This document shows positions 52,613 through 62,808 of a DNA stretch of 64,000 bases, piece by piece. A program made the position numbers and the translations under genes. The notes beneath the pieces were generated by a model. That model worked only from the letters and a program-made list of their open reading frames with translations, had not been told where the DNA came from and ran no database searches. Positions within the stretch are counted from its first letter, which is position 1. Each line of letters starts with the position of its first letter. Source of the stretch: Pirellulales bacterium (lineage in GTDB: Bacteria; Planctomycetota; Planctomycetia; Pirellulales; UBA1268); the NCBI GenBank assembly GCA_965249545.1, contig CBDFMH010000005.1, positions 1,095,116-1,159,115 on the forward strand, written 5' to 3'.

Positions 52613-55600
52613 AGCTGACACCATTACAATTGATGACATTACCGATATCAGTATTGGTTCACCCGTCGGCGGAGAAGGTGTTGATCCAGGAACAACTGTT
52701 CTGAGTGTCGACGGAATAAATAATTTAATTGGGTTTGGTGATACAGGCGATCCTGCAGTGGCGAGGACCGTTAATGTTGCTGATGGTGCACAGATAACAT
52801 TCGCCCAGCGTGGCTTTAATTTGGATCATTCCAATATTCTGCCTGGAACGCTTGCTGGTGTTATCTATCAGGGCAATACGGCAACGCAGGAATTTTCTGT
52901 AGCCAGAGATGGAACGTTCGCGTTCACTGCTATTGGTGATCCGGTCAGCGAAGCAACAAGTGAATCGTCTGTTGATCTTATGACTGGTGTTGTAACGCTC
53001 GAATTTGATGTGCCGCCAACAGCATCTCTCGAATTACGTGATCTTTCCTACGAATTTTCCCGTGTTCCTCTTGATGCTGATGGGCTGGCCTTCCTGCCAA
53101 ATGGTGATCTTGGTGCATACTCACTCAACAAAGATGCTCACCGTGGTCCAGACTCATATTCCTCGAATCCGCGAGATGCTGGGCTGCGGATGACTCTGCC
53201 GGGAGTTGCAGGGAGACAATCACAGTATTTTGTTCGGGTAAGAAGCCAGGCTGAAGCCGGTACACCTGTAGATACAGTTGATGCAGGCAAGACAAGTGGA
53301 CGGTACCAGCTCCGCATGCGTCTTCGACAGCAAGATGAAAAGCCAGGTTCAGTCGTAACCTTTGCAGATGTTCGCTATGCGACAACGGGTATTGATGTAA
53401 CCGGCCTGCCGAATAACACACCACTTACGGGTACGGCAGGGGAAGACAAAACAGCGAATGATACGTCCTCAGCTGCCCAGCAGTTGGGTAATCTACTGGC
53501 GATTGATCGAAATACAATCAGCGTTGCTGGCGACATGAGTAATGCGACGGATGTCGACTGGTACGAATTCGAGGTGGACTACGAGCAGATTCAGGTTCTT
53601 GAAGATATTAATGATGGCACCAAAACCTGGGCGACAACCTTCGATATTGATTTTGGTTCTGGCGTTCGTGGTGATTACACGATTTCTGTATTTGATGCCG
53701 ATACCAATGAACTTATTTACGTAGGTCGTGATTCGAATATTGCAGACGATGTAGCAGATCCTTCACAGGGTAATACCGATGCTGATGATCTGACTCGAGG
53801 CTCTGCAGGCGTGAATGATCCGTTTATCGGAACAGTGCAACTGACTGAGGGCACATACTATGTTGCCGTGTCGACAAATGCACAGCTACCAAATCAGTTG
53901 GACCAGAACTTTGAAAGTACTGCGACGAATCCAGATGTTCGCCTTGAGCCACTGTCGTCACTCAATCGAATTGTCGACGACAAGATTGGTTTAGCGGGCT
54001 ATTTCCGAGAAGCCAGCGTCCTTGGTCCAGCTCAGAATGAAGGCAGATCGGTCATCAGTACCGCGGATGGTTTTGCACTGCAAGCCAATGTGCAGCCATT
54101 TACGCTTGCCGACATGACAGTTTTTCTTACTGAGGGTAACAGACTGAGAACGATCAATCCATTTACGGGAGTCGCTGACACTCAGCCAGCAGGATACACC
54201 TACGCAGGTAATCAATCAGCGGCCGATATTGATATGCTCAGCGATGGTCGCCTTGTGGTGTATATGAATGAGGGAAGCGCGGCAAATGTTGGTACGGTCT
54301 ATGAGATCGATCCAGCGACAGGTGGTCGAACCCAACTGTGGGGAGATTCGATTCCAAACCGGCCAGGTGATCCGCAACCAACGGACTATTGGAAAACGAA
54401 TAGTAGTCCAGACGCTTTGGCAATCGGTTATTCAGGAGTTGCTGTATACAATGCAGGCTCAAACAACGTAGGGTCAGCTGATTCGGCCACCTATTACGCT
54501 GTCCGTGATGGAAACTCGTCAAGGATTTATGGTGCAGATACGAATGGTAATGCGTCGTCGAATACAGCTGCTAATCCTGCACACCGGTTTGGTTATATGG
54601 GCGATGTTGATCCGACTATTACAAGTCCTACCGTCGGATTGCAGTTCTTGAATGAGAATAAAGATTTAGGCCTCTTTGCAGTCAGTCGCGACGGACAATT
54701 CTTCAGATTGGAACAACGAGGCCATGGTGGGGAAAATCCCCCACAAGGCACGCTCGACGTCTTCAATGTAGTCGACTTTAATACCCCCGAGATTCTTAAT
54801 GGCCGACAACTCGGTGGGCTGGCCACTGGGCCTGTCAATCTCGAGGGTGGAAGGTTCGCTGGTACGTTCTTTGCTGTTACAACCGATGGGGAGCTTTTCT
54901 GTATCGACCCAACTGGCGGTGCCGGTGGAGAGCCGGTGATTGTTGATAACGTCTTTGATTCTGATGGTGATGGTATCGCCGACAGCTGGATTTCGAATGC
55001 GACAGGTAATGGTGTAAGGGGCCTCGCATTCTCGCCACTTGATGTGAATCTGTGGCACCCGACAAACGATCGATCTGACAATATTACATCATCAACTACT
55101 CATGATTTGACGCGGGTAGGTACTGTAACTGGCGGCCAGAGCATGCATTTTGGTCTTGAAGAATGGGTTGCTGGGAACACGCCGTATGTTGAATACACAG
55201 ATGTTGATGGCGGCCAGGCTGGCCAGTTCGGTGTTCGCAGTAGTGGTGTCTGGCAGCGGCACCTGAGTGCAGGACTTGATATCTCTGAATCAACTTATGA
55301 TCTACCGGGTGGGGCACACGGCAGAATGCAGACAGACGCATTTAGCCTGGCTGGGTACACCGCCACGGACAAGCCGACGTTGTACTTTTCATATTGGTTG
55401 GAAACTCAGGACGCACAGGACAATGAGGCTGGAGCAGATGTCATGCGGGACAGTGCACGAGTTCTTGGGTCCGTAGACGGTGGTGCAACGTGGGAACTGT
55501 TGGCAACGAATAATCAGCAGAGATCGGCACTCGATGGTGGTGTTCAGGCCGAATTGCCGCCACGACTCACTCCGTCAGCCAATGCTGCAAATGCAGGGTC

Positions 55601-58600
55601 AGATGCAAGTGAGAAGCAACAGGTGCAAGAACTCTTTGACACCGCCGAGTGGCGGCAGGCACGTGTTGATCTTGGTCAATTTGCCGGTGCGAGTTCAGTG
55701 CTTTTGCGATTTGATTTCAGTACCGGTGGTGACCTCGACCGTCGTGGTGAAATCAATAACGCCAAGATCGTTGCAGATGCAACACGATCAGTTGTGTCAG
55801 TCACTGCGATTGGGAATCTAGAAAACGATGTAACAGTTGAGCTCGATAGTGTGCAGGGGCTTGTCGAAGTTGTTGGTAATATAGCGAAACCAAATGCTGA
55901 AATAGTTATTGATGCGACTGAAAGCTCAACAGGCACAGCAACGGTGATCTCTATCGATACAGTAGCGAATACCGTTGTGCTAAGGCCGACTGATGTCGCT
56001 GTTGAACTTGAAGATGTATACGGGGGTGGCGACCTTATTGATTTCTTCAGTGCCGGTGTGAACCGAGATGATATCCAAGGTCTTGGTAGTGAACTCGGAG
56101 ATTTTGGAAGCCCCACCGCACGAAGCGAAGACAATAACTATCGCGGATTCAATATTGATAATATCACCGTTGGATTCGCAGAGCGTGGTGAGGCTGTTGT
56201 CAACGCAAGTTCTGAAGCGAATGAACAATTCTTCAGCTTCAATGAAGATCGCTCAACCTTTGATTACCCAGAGCAGGTCCTGCAAGGTGAGTATCAACTT
56301 GAAATTCGTCGTGGGTCTGAGTTTGGTAGTCAAGACAATGAAACGATTGGGTTTCTCGATCCAACCCTCCCTGGCGTGCCAGTCGATGGTGTGACCATCA
56401 ATACGACATTTGACACGAATGACCGAATGGTTCGAGAAACTGCGGTTATTTCACATGAACTTGAGTTTAATTCCCTGGATGTTGTAGATGGTGTTGTTGT
56501 AACTGAAGCTGGTCATACCGTCGTAAACGGTGGTCCACCGGGAGGGGGACAAGGTACGCGCTTGGAGGGTGACGGGGCAACTAACACAACGCAGCACAGT
56601 GTTTTGAAGTGGGCGGTCGATCTCGCAAACCAACCTGCAGCGATTCTCGAATTGAACTACTCGGTTGATGAAGATGAACGACTGACGCAACTGCCGGACG
56701 CATTTACAATTGATGATGAAACTGACCTCCCAACCGGAGACGGTGTGGCTCTCAGTGTAGACGGCGGAATCAACTGGACCCGAATCGCCAATTTCTCTAC
56801 GACTACAACTTTTCGGGGTTTTGGTACGTATGAAACGACACTGGAGGTCGATCTTGGCGGGGCAGGCCTCGTGCTGAGTGATACGACTGTCATTGGCGTC
56901 TTCCGTTCCGATGCAAACGAGGGCGGTATAACAGTCCGAAATGCAGTTATTCGTACTGCTCCGGTTATTGCAACGTCGGGTCTTGTTGGTGACAAGAACA
57001 ATGAGTTTGAAAACCAGCAAGGGCAGTTCATTGTTCAGAATACGATTGTGACAGATGCATCAACCTACGGCATCCGTATTGATGCCGGACGAGTTGGTGA
57101 CGGAAGCCAGTCGCCTGATCTTGGTGTTGCCCAGAATCGTGCTGTTCTCAATAACGCAGGTCTCGTGCCGGGTGCGGTTGTGACCAATACTGTTGTCGCC
57201 AATGCTGGGGTTGCCGGCATCTATTTTGGTGGTTCAGCCGATACAGCAAATGATACAGATAGTGTTCGGCCGTATGGTCGTCTGGTGAATAACACAATCT
57301 ACGGTGGTGGGAGTGGCATTGGTATTGATGTCGCAAACAATGCTGCACCAACAATCATGAACAATGTCTTTTCGGAATTAGACACTGGCGTCAAAGTTGA
57401 TTCATCAAGCAGACTTGACGGTGCCGGTGATGCCAGCACCGTGATTGGCACGAGTGCCTTCTATCTTGTTGGGACAGAAGTTGATGGGGCAAATCAGTCG
57501 CTGGGCCTTACACTGACCGAAGATCCATTCGTCAATAAAGCACGGAACAATTTCTATCCTGCAGCGAATTCTCGGATCATAGATAGTTCCATGAATTCAC
57601 TTGAGGATCGACCAGGATTTACTGTCGTAAAAGATGCCATCAATATTCCTGATTCACCAATTCTTGCGCCTCAGAAGGACTTGTATGGATTGACCCGTGA
57701 CGATGACCCGGATGTTGCAAGCATTCCTGGTTTGGGTCTCAATGCATTTAAGGATCGTGGAGCAATTGAACGGCTCGATCTCACTCAGCCGGAAGCCACT
57801 CTGGCGTCTCCATTGGACCAGTCAAAGATTGCTCCGGTCGACCTGAACAATACAGTCCATGCAGTGGAGTTGGAAGGTGATGCAGCTCGTCAACAAGAAA
57901 AATTTGTTCTCCAGCTTTCTGATATTGGTACTGGAATTGATCAGGTCAGTGTGACACAAAATGAGGATACCAGCGTGACGGTCACAGGTGTCTTTGCACG
58001 AGCCTCTGGTGACTTTGTAAACCTCGACACACTTACGCTTGATACAGTTGGCTACAGTGGTCTTTTGGCAAACGCATCAGTGTCGATTAATAACGTCGAC
58101 GCTGGAGTCACTGTTACAAGCATTGCAGGGACGACACTCACGCTCAGCGGCCCTGTCACAGCAGTTGATAATTCAGTGATCTCGTTTGGGTTTGGGGATA
58201 CACCAACGGTTTCAACGAATCGACTAGTTGTGAGCGATGCTGCTTCGGTGAGTGCCGGTGTCTTGATTAACGGCATCAGCGGTGTCGCTACTGCAAATGC
58301 GATTGCTGCTGTTGATTCAACAATGAATACGATTGAACTTGAGGAAGCAGCGTCTGTCGTGAGTGACGCCGAAGTGACACTCACCGCGTTCCTCCTCCAA
58401 CGAGACGGTCAGGTTCTTGAGGCCGGAAACGACTATTTCTTCCAGTACAACACCAATACAAATCAGGTTGTATTCGCTGCAGCGTCAACCTTCACGCTTG
58501 GTGACTACAACCTGCGAGTGGCACCAACGGTACAGGACCTTGGTGGAAATACACTCCTTGTCAACGATTCGGTTACTGGGACAACGGAATTTAGTATCGT

Positions 58601-60956
58601 CTTGCTCGATATACCAAGCGCACCGTCTGCACCACTTGGTGTCTCCGGTGACGAGCAGGTGACGCTGTCATGGGGTGTGCCATCAACATCAGTAAGTGCA
58701 CCGATTACAGACTACATCATTGAAACCAGCGTTGATGATGGAGTGACATGGGTGGCATTTGATGACGGTACCTCAACTCTCACGACAGCAACGGTCACAC
58801 AACATGATGGAGTCGATCTACAGAATGGCACTCCGTATCGCTTCCGGGTCCTAGGCGTCAATAGAGTAGGGAATGGTGAGTTTTCACCACAATCTGCTGC
58901 CATCACACCACTTCGCCTGCCGACCGCCCCTCTGAATCTGGCTGTTGTTTCTGGTAATGCGGCACTGGACTTCTCGTGGACTGCCCCCACAGATGACGGT
59001 GAAGATTTGGCCGGCACAGATTCAATTGTGGATTATGTCGTTGAATATTCTTCAGACGCTGGGGTGACGTGGACGGCGCACACGCCAAATCCAACAACGA
59101 CATCTACAACAGTAAGCGGTTTGACTGGTGGAGTTGAATATCTGCTGCGAGTCGCAGCAAGAAATGCTCGTGATCAGGGGCCTTATGCGACAACAACCGT
59201 GACGGAAACACCGCAGGGTGTGCCTGGACTGGTACAAAACATGACACTTGTTGCAGGAGTTGGAGCAGTCACGTTGGACTGGGACCCTGGTACAGACGGC
59301 GCCGTTGGTATTGATGAGTATGTTGTGAGGTTCTCAATTAATTCGTTGGCTTTTGTTGATGATAATTGGAACTCAAATGTTCCAGGCCCTGTAACAGAAT
59401 CTGGTTTAAGCACTGGTGATACTGTTGTTGCAGAAGTGTTTGCAAGGAACACTATCGGGGATGGACCTGTTGCAACATCGAACACGGTGGTCGTGGGAGG
59501 TACTCCTAGTGTTGTGACCGGCCTGGCGTTCACTGAAGAAGATGGTGCGATTAGCCTCAGTTGGGTAGCTCCGGCCGACACGGGCGGATACCCAGTGACT
59601 GATTACATCATCGAATCGACGAATAATGGCGGAGCGAATTGGGTCGCTGAGTCAGACGTCTCAACAGCAACGTCCGTAACGATAAGCAGCCATAATGGTG
59701 TACCGCTTGTGAATGGAAATGAGTATTCATTCCGTGTCAGTACGAAGACGTCGATTGCCACTGGCAGTTCAACTGAGATTACCGGTGGTCCTGCTGTGCC
59801 ACATACAGTGCCGAGTGCCCCTGTGTTGAGTACACCAACGTCGGGCAATGGTTCAATCGGCATTACATGGTCAGCCCCTGACAATGGCGGAAAGCCAATT
59901 TCGGACTATGTTGTCCAGTACAAGCGTGCTTCTCGAACGCAATGGGAGACGTTTACTGATGGAACGTCGACCGCGACATCAGCAACAATCACCGGTGTCA
60001 ATAATGGTGTTTCATATGTCGTGCGAGTCGCTGCGGTGAATCCAAAAGGCCAGGGAGCGTGGTCAGCAGAATCAACAAGCGTTGTGCCGGGTAATGTCCC
60101 AGATCAAATTACCGATTTGGCAGCATCGGCACAGGATGGAGCCGTCGCCTTGACGTGGACTGTCCCAGCATCAACACTGACAGTCACAAGTCACCAAATT
60201 CAATATAAGAAACAGTCAGATCCAACGTGGGCAACCTTTGATGGCACCATTGCGATTGAAGAGTCAGTAGCGACGGCCACAGTGGCAGGGTTAGACAACG
60301 GTGTTGTCTATAACTTTGAAGTCGTTGCAGTGAACGCAGTTGGTTCTTCATCCGCAGCTACTGTTTCAGCCGAACCGTTTGAATTGCCTGGTGTTGTGCA
60401 AAATCTCACAGCATCAAATGCCGGAAGCACTGTCAATCTGACTTGGAGTGCTCCTACGTCAGACGGTGGTAGTGATATCACGGACTATGCTGTTCAATAC
60501 AGGCTAGCGAGTAGTTCGACGTGGCTTACATATACTGACGGAGTTTCTACAGGCCTCTCAGCAAATGTAGCCGGGCTTTCTGTTGGTCAATCGTATGAGT
60601 TCCAGGTTGCTGCAATCACACGCTTCGGAACGGGTGCATACGCACAGTCAGGGACTGTTACCGTTGGATCAGTAGCACCAGCACCCGCTCGAGTGAGTGC
60701 ATGGCGAGAGGGTAATAATATTCAGGTGCTGTGGGATCTAGTGACAATGCCCGCAGGTGTAACCTTCCAGTATTATCAGATTCAGTATCGGGAGGTAGGT
60801 ACAAGTGCGTGGTCTAATATTGCGACAGACACATTTAATAGCGAGCTACTCTCTGGCAGTCACTTTACACGCGGCAAGACGTATCAGTTCCAGGTGGCAG
60901 CTGTAGCGAATACTGGAACAGGAGCCTACAAGGTATCAAACAACGTCACCTACTGA
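51381..60956 (+). CDS. Giant secreted multidomain protein, part 2 (repeat modules, PPC-like domain, beta-propeller/beta-helix-like regions, 8 C-terminal fibronectin type III domains)
   Basis: The frame is open from ~51316 and continues the repeat unit interrupted in part 1. Other evidence: DVDWYEFEVDYEQI...GTYYVAVS (PPC-like) and PbH1-like rungs (VVTNTVVANAGVAGIYFGG, LVNNTIYGGGSGIGIDV, IMNNVFS). From ~58612 there are 8 units of the form P.AP..L......V.L.W..P...G..I.DY.V.Y. Confidence 0.8.
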   Translation: MIELDAPVDILNTDTIGFGFNSDTITIDTNDLDGAVAGAAITLNGTATGETVTGIAAGELTASGDIDVANDDVLGFAFAGAPVTTDHIRVDDAALATVGAAVTVNGVATGETVAAGGIDLVANTVRLSGDITIEDADFVDFSFAGTKTTTRVTVGDATGIAEGVLVNGAVGIDPGTRVAVGGLDLFNPLDPTAGAVIELDAPVDILNTDTIGFGFNSDTITIDTNDLDGAVAGAAITLNGTATGETVTGIAAGELTASGDIDVANDDVLGFAFAGAPVTTDHIRVDDAALATVGAAVTVNGVATGETVAAGGIDLVANTVRLSGDITIEDADFVDFSFAGTKTTTRVTVGDATGIAEGVLVNGAAGIPDGTRIAAGGLDLFDTLDPTAGAVIELDAPVDILNTDTIGFGFVADTITIDDITDISIGSPVGGEGVDPGTTVLSVDGINNLIGFGDTGDPAVARTVNVADGAQITFAQRGFNLDHSNILPGTLAGVIYQGNTATQEFSVARDGTFAFTAIGDPVSEATSESSVDLMTGVVTLEFDVPPTASLELRDLSYEFSRVPLDADGLAFLPNGDLGAYSLNKDAHRGPDSYSSNPRDAGLRMTLPGVAGRQSQYFVRVRSQAEAGTPVDTVDAGKTSGRYQLRMRLRQQDEKPGSVVTFADVRYATTGIDVTGLPNNTPLTGTAGEDKTANDTSSAAQQLGNLLAIDRNTISVAGDMSNATDVDWYEFEVDYEQIQVLEDINDGTKTWATTFDIDFGSGVRGDYTISVFDADTNELIYVGRDSNIADDVADPSQGNTDADDLTRGSAGVNDPFIGTVQLTEGTYYVAVSTNAQLPNQLDQNFESTATNPDVRLEPLSSLNRIVDDKIGLAGYFREASVLGPAQNEGRSVISTADGFALQANVQPFTLADMTVFLTEGNRLRTINPFTGVADTQPAGYTYAGNQSAADIDMLSDGRLVVYMNEGSAANVGTVYEIDPATGGRTQLWGDSIPNRPGDPQPTDYWKTNSSPDALAIGYSGVAVYNAGSNNVGSADSATYYAVRDGNSSRIYGADTNGNASSNTAANPAHRFGYMGDVDPTITSPTVGLQFLNENKDLGLFAVSRDGQFFRLEQRGHGGENPPQGTLDVFNVVDFNTPEILNGRQLGGLATGPVNLEGGRFAGTFFAVTTDGELFCIDPTGGAGGEPVIVDNVFDSDGDGIADSWISNATGNGVRGLAFSPLDVNLWHPTNDRSDNITSSTTHDLTRVGTVTGGQSMHFGLEEWVAGNTPYVEYTDVDGGQAGQFGVRSSGVWQRHLSAGLDISESTYDLPGGAHGRMQTDAFSLAGYTATDKPTLYFSYWLETQDAQDNEAGADVMRDSARVLGSVDGGATWELLATNNQQRSALDGGVQAELPPRLTPSANAANAGSDASEKQQVQELFDTAEWRQARVDLGQFAGASSVLLRFDFSTGGDLDRRGEINNAKIVADATRSVVSVTAIGNLENDVTVELDSVQGLVEVVGNIAKPNAEIVIDATESSTGTATVISIDTVANTVVLRPTDVAVELEDVYGGGDLIDFFSAGVNRDDIQGLGSELGDFGSPTARSEDNNYRGFNIDNITVGFAERGEAVVNASSEANEQFFSFNEDRSTFDYPEQVLQGEYQLEIRRGSEFGSQDNETIGFLDPTLPGVPVDGVTINTTFDTNDRMVRETAVISHELEFNSLDVVDGVVVTEAGHTVVNGGPPGGGQGTRLEGDGATNTTQHSVLKWAVDLANQPAAILELNYSVDEDERLTQLPDAFTIDDETDLPTGDGVALSVDGGINWTRIANFSTTTTFRGFGTYETTLEVDLGGAGLVLSDTTVIGVFRSDANEGGITVRNAVIRTAPVIATSGLVGDKNNEFENQQGQFIVQNTIVTDASTYGIRIDAGRVGDGSQSPDLGVAQNRAVLNNAGLVPGAVVTNTVVANAGVAGIYFGGSADTANDTDSVRPYGRLVNNTIYGGGSGIGIDVANNAAPTIMNNVFSELDTGVKVDSSSRLDGAGDASTVIGTSAFYLVGTEVDGANQSLGLTLTEDPFVNKARNNFYPAANSRIIDSSMNSLEDRPGFTVVKDAINIPDSPILAPQKDLYGLTRDDDPDVASIPGLGLNAFKDRGAIERLDLTQPEATLASPLDQSKIAPVDLNNTVHAVELEGDAARQQEKFVLQLSDIGTGIDQVSVTQNEDTSVTVTGVFARASGDFVNLDTLTLDTVGYSGLLANASVSINNVDAGVTVTSIAGTTLTLSGPVTAVDNSVISFGFGDTPTVSTNRLVVSDAASVSAGVLINGISGVATANAIAAVDSTMNTIELEEAASVVSDAEVTLTAFLLQRDGQVLEAGNDYFFQYNTNTNQVVFAAASTFTLGDYNLRVAPTVQDLGGNTLLVNDSVTGTTEFSIVLLDIPSAPSAPLGVSGDEQVTLSWGVPSTSVSAPITDYIIETSVDDGVTWVAFDDGTSTLTTATVTQHDGVDLQNGTPYRFRVLGVNRVGNGEFSPQSAAITPLRLPTAPLNLAVVSGNAALDFSWTAPTDDGEDLAGTDSIVDYVVEYSSDAGVTWTAHTPNPTTTSTTVSGLTGGVEYLLRVAARNARDQGPYATTTVTETPQGVPGLVQNMTLVAGVGAVTLDWDPGTDGAVGIDEYVVRFSINSLAFVDDNWNSNVPGPVTESGLSTGDTVVAEVFARNTIGDGPVATSNTVVVGGTPSVVTGLAFTEEDGAISLSWVAPADTGGYPVTDYIIESTNNGGANWVAESDVSTATSVTISSHNGVPLVNGNEYSFRVSTKTSIATGSSTEITGGPAVPHTVPSAPVLSTPTSGNGSIGITWSAPDNGGKPISDYVVQYKRASRTQWETFTDGTSTATSATITGVNNGVSYVVRVAAVNPKGQGAWSAESTSVVPGNVPDQITDLAASAQDGAVALTWTVPASTLTVTSHQIQYKKQSDPTWATFDGTIAIEESVATATVAGLDNGVVYNFEVVAVNAVGSSSAATVSAEPFELPGVVQNLTASNAGSTVNLTWSAPTSDGGSDITDYAVQYRLASSSTWLTYTDGVSTGLSANVAGLSVGQSYEFQVAAITRFGTGAYAQSGTVTVGSVAPAPARVSAWREGNNIQVLWDLVTMPAGVTFQYYQIQYREVGTSAWSNIATDTFNSELLSGSHFTRGKTYQFQVAAVANTGTGAYKVSNNVTY

Positions 60957-60993
60957 GTGATAGAAGCTTCACCAAGTAATCTGTGACGTGCGA

Positions 60994-62481
60994 TTACCAG
61001 CGGCCTTCGAGCCCAAGTGTAAGGCCTTGGACAACTGTGCCACCGTCTTGAAGAACCAGTGGATCACCTGTTGTTGAGACAGGCAATGAGAGTTGTCGAG
61101 TTGGCTGGGCAATGCCTTGAAGCCAGAACACAAGATAACCAAACCGAAAATTAAGATTTGAGGTAAGTGGCATCACACCAGTGAACCCAAGTTCACCTAC
61201 GAACGCTGCTGGCGAGGGTGAGTCATATCCCGATATCTCAACACCAGCTCCGTTTTGCTGATAAATTTGTCGAGAGAGTGCCTCGTTCCAGTAGGCTCCA
61301 CCTTTAAGAACCGACTCAACGTGCAGCCAGCGGTTCGAGTACAGCAGGGCATCGATACCGATCTGGCCACCGTAGAGATTGTTCACCGTTCGAGAGGACC
61401 AGTCATCAGTAACGATTGGACCCGTAGTTGTATCGAGTGAAAATGATTCAGTCCATTCGAGCCAGCGAACGCCACAGATGAACTGAACATTTCCAGCCGC
61501 CATCGGAGTTCGACTGTTCACTTCGATTGTTTGAATGCTGCTGGTCAGATTTGCAGTGCCAGTTTCAAAACTTGTACTCGCTCCAATTAGGTCACTAGCA
61601 GCATATGCGGACAAGGCACCAGTGTCAGGTAGCAGTTTTTCGCTTTGGAAGCTCCAGGCGCCGAGGTACCCAAACTCGATGGCACTACCGCAGGCATCTT
61701 TACGAAAGAGTTGGATACGCGGGCCAGCTGCCATGCCACTTTCTAATTGATTCGCATTTAAAATTGAGGATCCAACTGGCCCTGGGCCAGTGATAACAAG
61801 TTCCCTGCTGTATGGTGCACTTCGCCACAGCATGACGGCTTCGGCACGGCCTGTCCAACAGGCTGGTCCGCAGCAACGGCAGCCTTTTTTGCATGTATGG
61901 AGGAGATTCATGTGACCGCAAGCATCTTTGCAGGCAGTGCCCCATGTGTTCATGCTATGCGTCCAGTCCCAGCCACTGTCCGTATCGCAGACTGGTGGAG
62001 CGTAGAGACCACCAGTATCGCCAGAGACGACCCACTCAGATTCGAGATCATCAACATATCTTGCTTCTGCATCATCGATGACAGAAACCGATGCACCTTC
62101 AGAGGACCAGCTGCTGTCGTCATCCGCATCTTCTGCAATGGGTTGAAGGATCGACTGGGTGCTTTCTTCACCGACTATTCCATCAAACGATAGTGCTCCA
62201 GACGCCAACTGTGAAGGGTCCGGTGCAGTGCGTGGTGCACGTTCCCTCGATATAGGAGCGGGAGTCTGTCTGTCTTCAACAATGTATTCAGCGGCACCTG
62301 CCATCTTTATGATGGGACTGAGTCCTATGAATAAGACGACTATGGCAAGGAACAGTCTGGTGAGAGTTGCTGCTCTCCGACCAATGACACTCCTGCAATG
62401 CCTGATCAATTGACGGCTCATGATGGCAACGATTCCGCTCTGTGTTGGAAAAATCCGAAACATCTCCGTGATCATCGTCAT
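60994..62481 (-). CDS. Putative outer-membrane beta-barrel protein (BBP7-like) with Cys-rich N-terminal region
   Basis: It has a signal-anchor-like LTRLFLAIVVLFIGLSPIIKMAGA and a Cys cluster CKDACGHMNLLHTCKKGCRCCGPACW. The C-terminal half alternates hydrophobic and polar residues and ends ...GLTLGLEGRW (aromatic terminus). The start is uncertain. Confidence 0.45.
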   Translation of the reverse strand: MTMITEMFRIFPTQSGIVAIMSRQLIRHCRSVIGRRAATLTRLFLAIVVLFIGLSPIIKMAGAAEYIVEDRQTPAPISRERAPRTAPDPSQLASGALSFDGIVGEESTQSILQPIAEDADDDSSWSSEGASVSVIDDAEARYVDDLESEWVVSGDTGGLYAPPVCDTDSGWDWTHSMNTWGTACKDACGHMNLLHTCKKGCRCCGPACWTGRAEAVMLWRSAPYSRELVITGPGPVGSSILNANQLESGMAAGPRIQLFRKDACGSAIEFGYLGAWSFQSEKLLPDTGALSAYAASDLIGASTSFETGTANLTSSIQTIEVNSRTPMAAGNVQFICGVRWLEWTESFSLDTTTGPIVTDDWSSRTVNNLYGGQIGIDALLYSNRWLHVESVLKGGAYWNEALSRQIYQQNGAGVEISGYDSPSPAAFVGELGFTGVMPLTSNLNFRFGYLVFWLQGIAQPTRQLSLPVSTTGDPLVLQDGGTVVQGLTLGLEGRW

Positions 62482-62808
62482 CAGGTCGCAACGATCGTGA
62501 CAAACATTTGCAGTAGAGAATCTGGAAAAAGATCAGAAACCACGGGTTTTTGAAAGCCTAGAAAAGCTAGAGGCCTTTGAGAAGCAATCAATGACACACG
62601 GGCAGGTGTCATCGATGATTATTTGTTTGTTCTCGATTCACTTGGATTGCCTTGTTTTCGTAGAACCACTCAGTACCCCGAATTATCATTCTGCATAGGA
62701 AGTATTCTCTAGAGGAATGGTCTACCTTTGCGAATGATACATTTGCATACCTGGCAAGCGGTGAATGTTTTTATGCTTTTGCGAACCGGCATCGTGCCAG
62801 TTTGCAGT

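Noticed and set aside
50049-52639. Long minus-strand ORFs inside the giant gene (50049..50510, 50194..51054, 50523..51044, 51248..51631, 51638..52216, 52223..52639)
   Set aside because: They are antisense shadows of the Gly/Ala/Val/Thr-rich repeat region. Their translations are low-complexity and simply repeat with the sense-strand period. The plus-strand frame carries recognisable domains.
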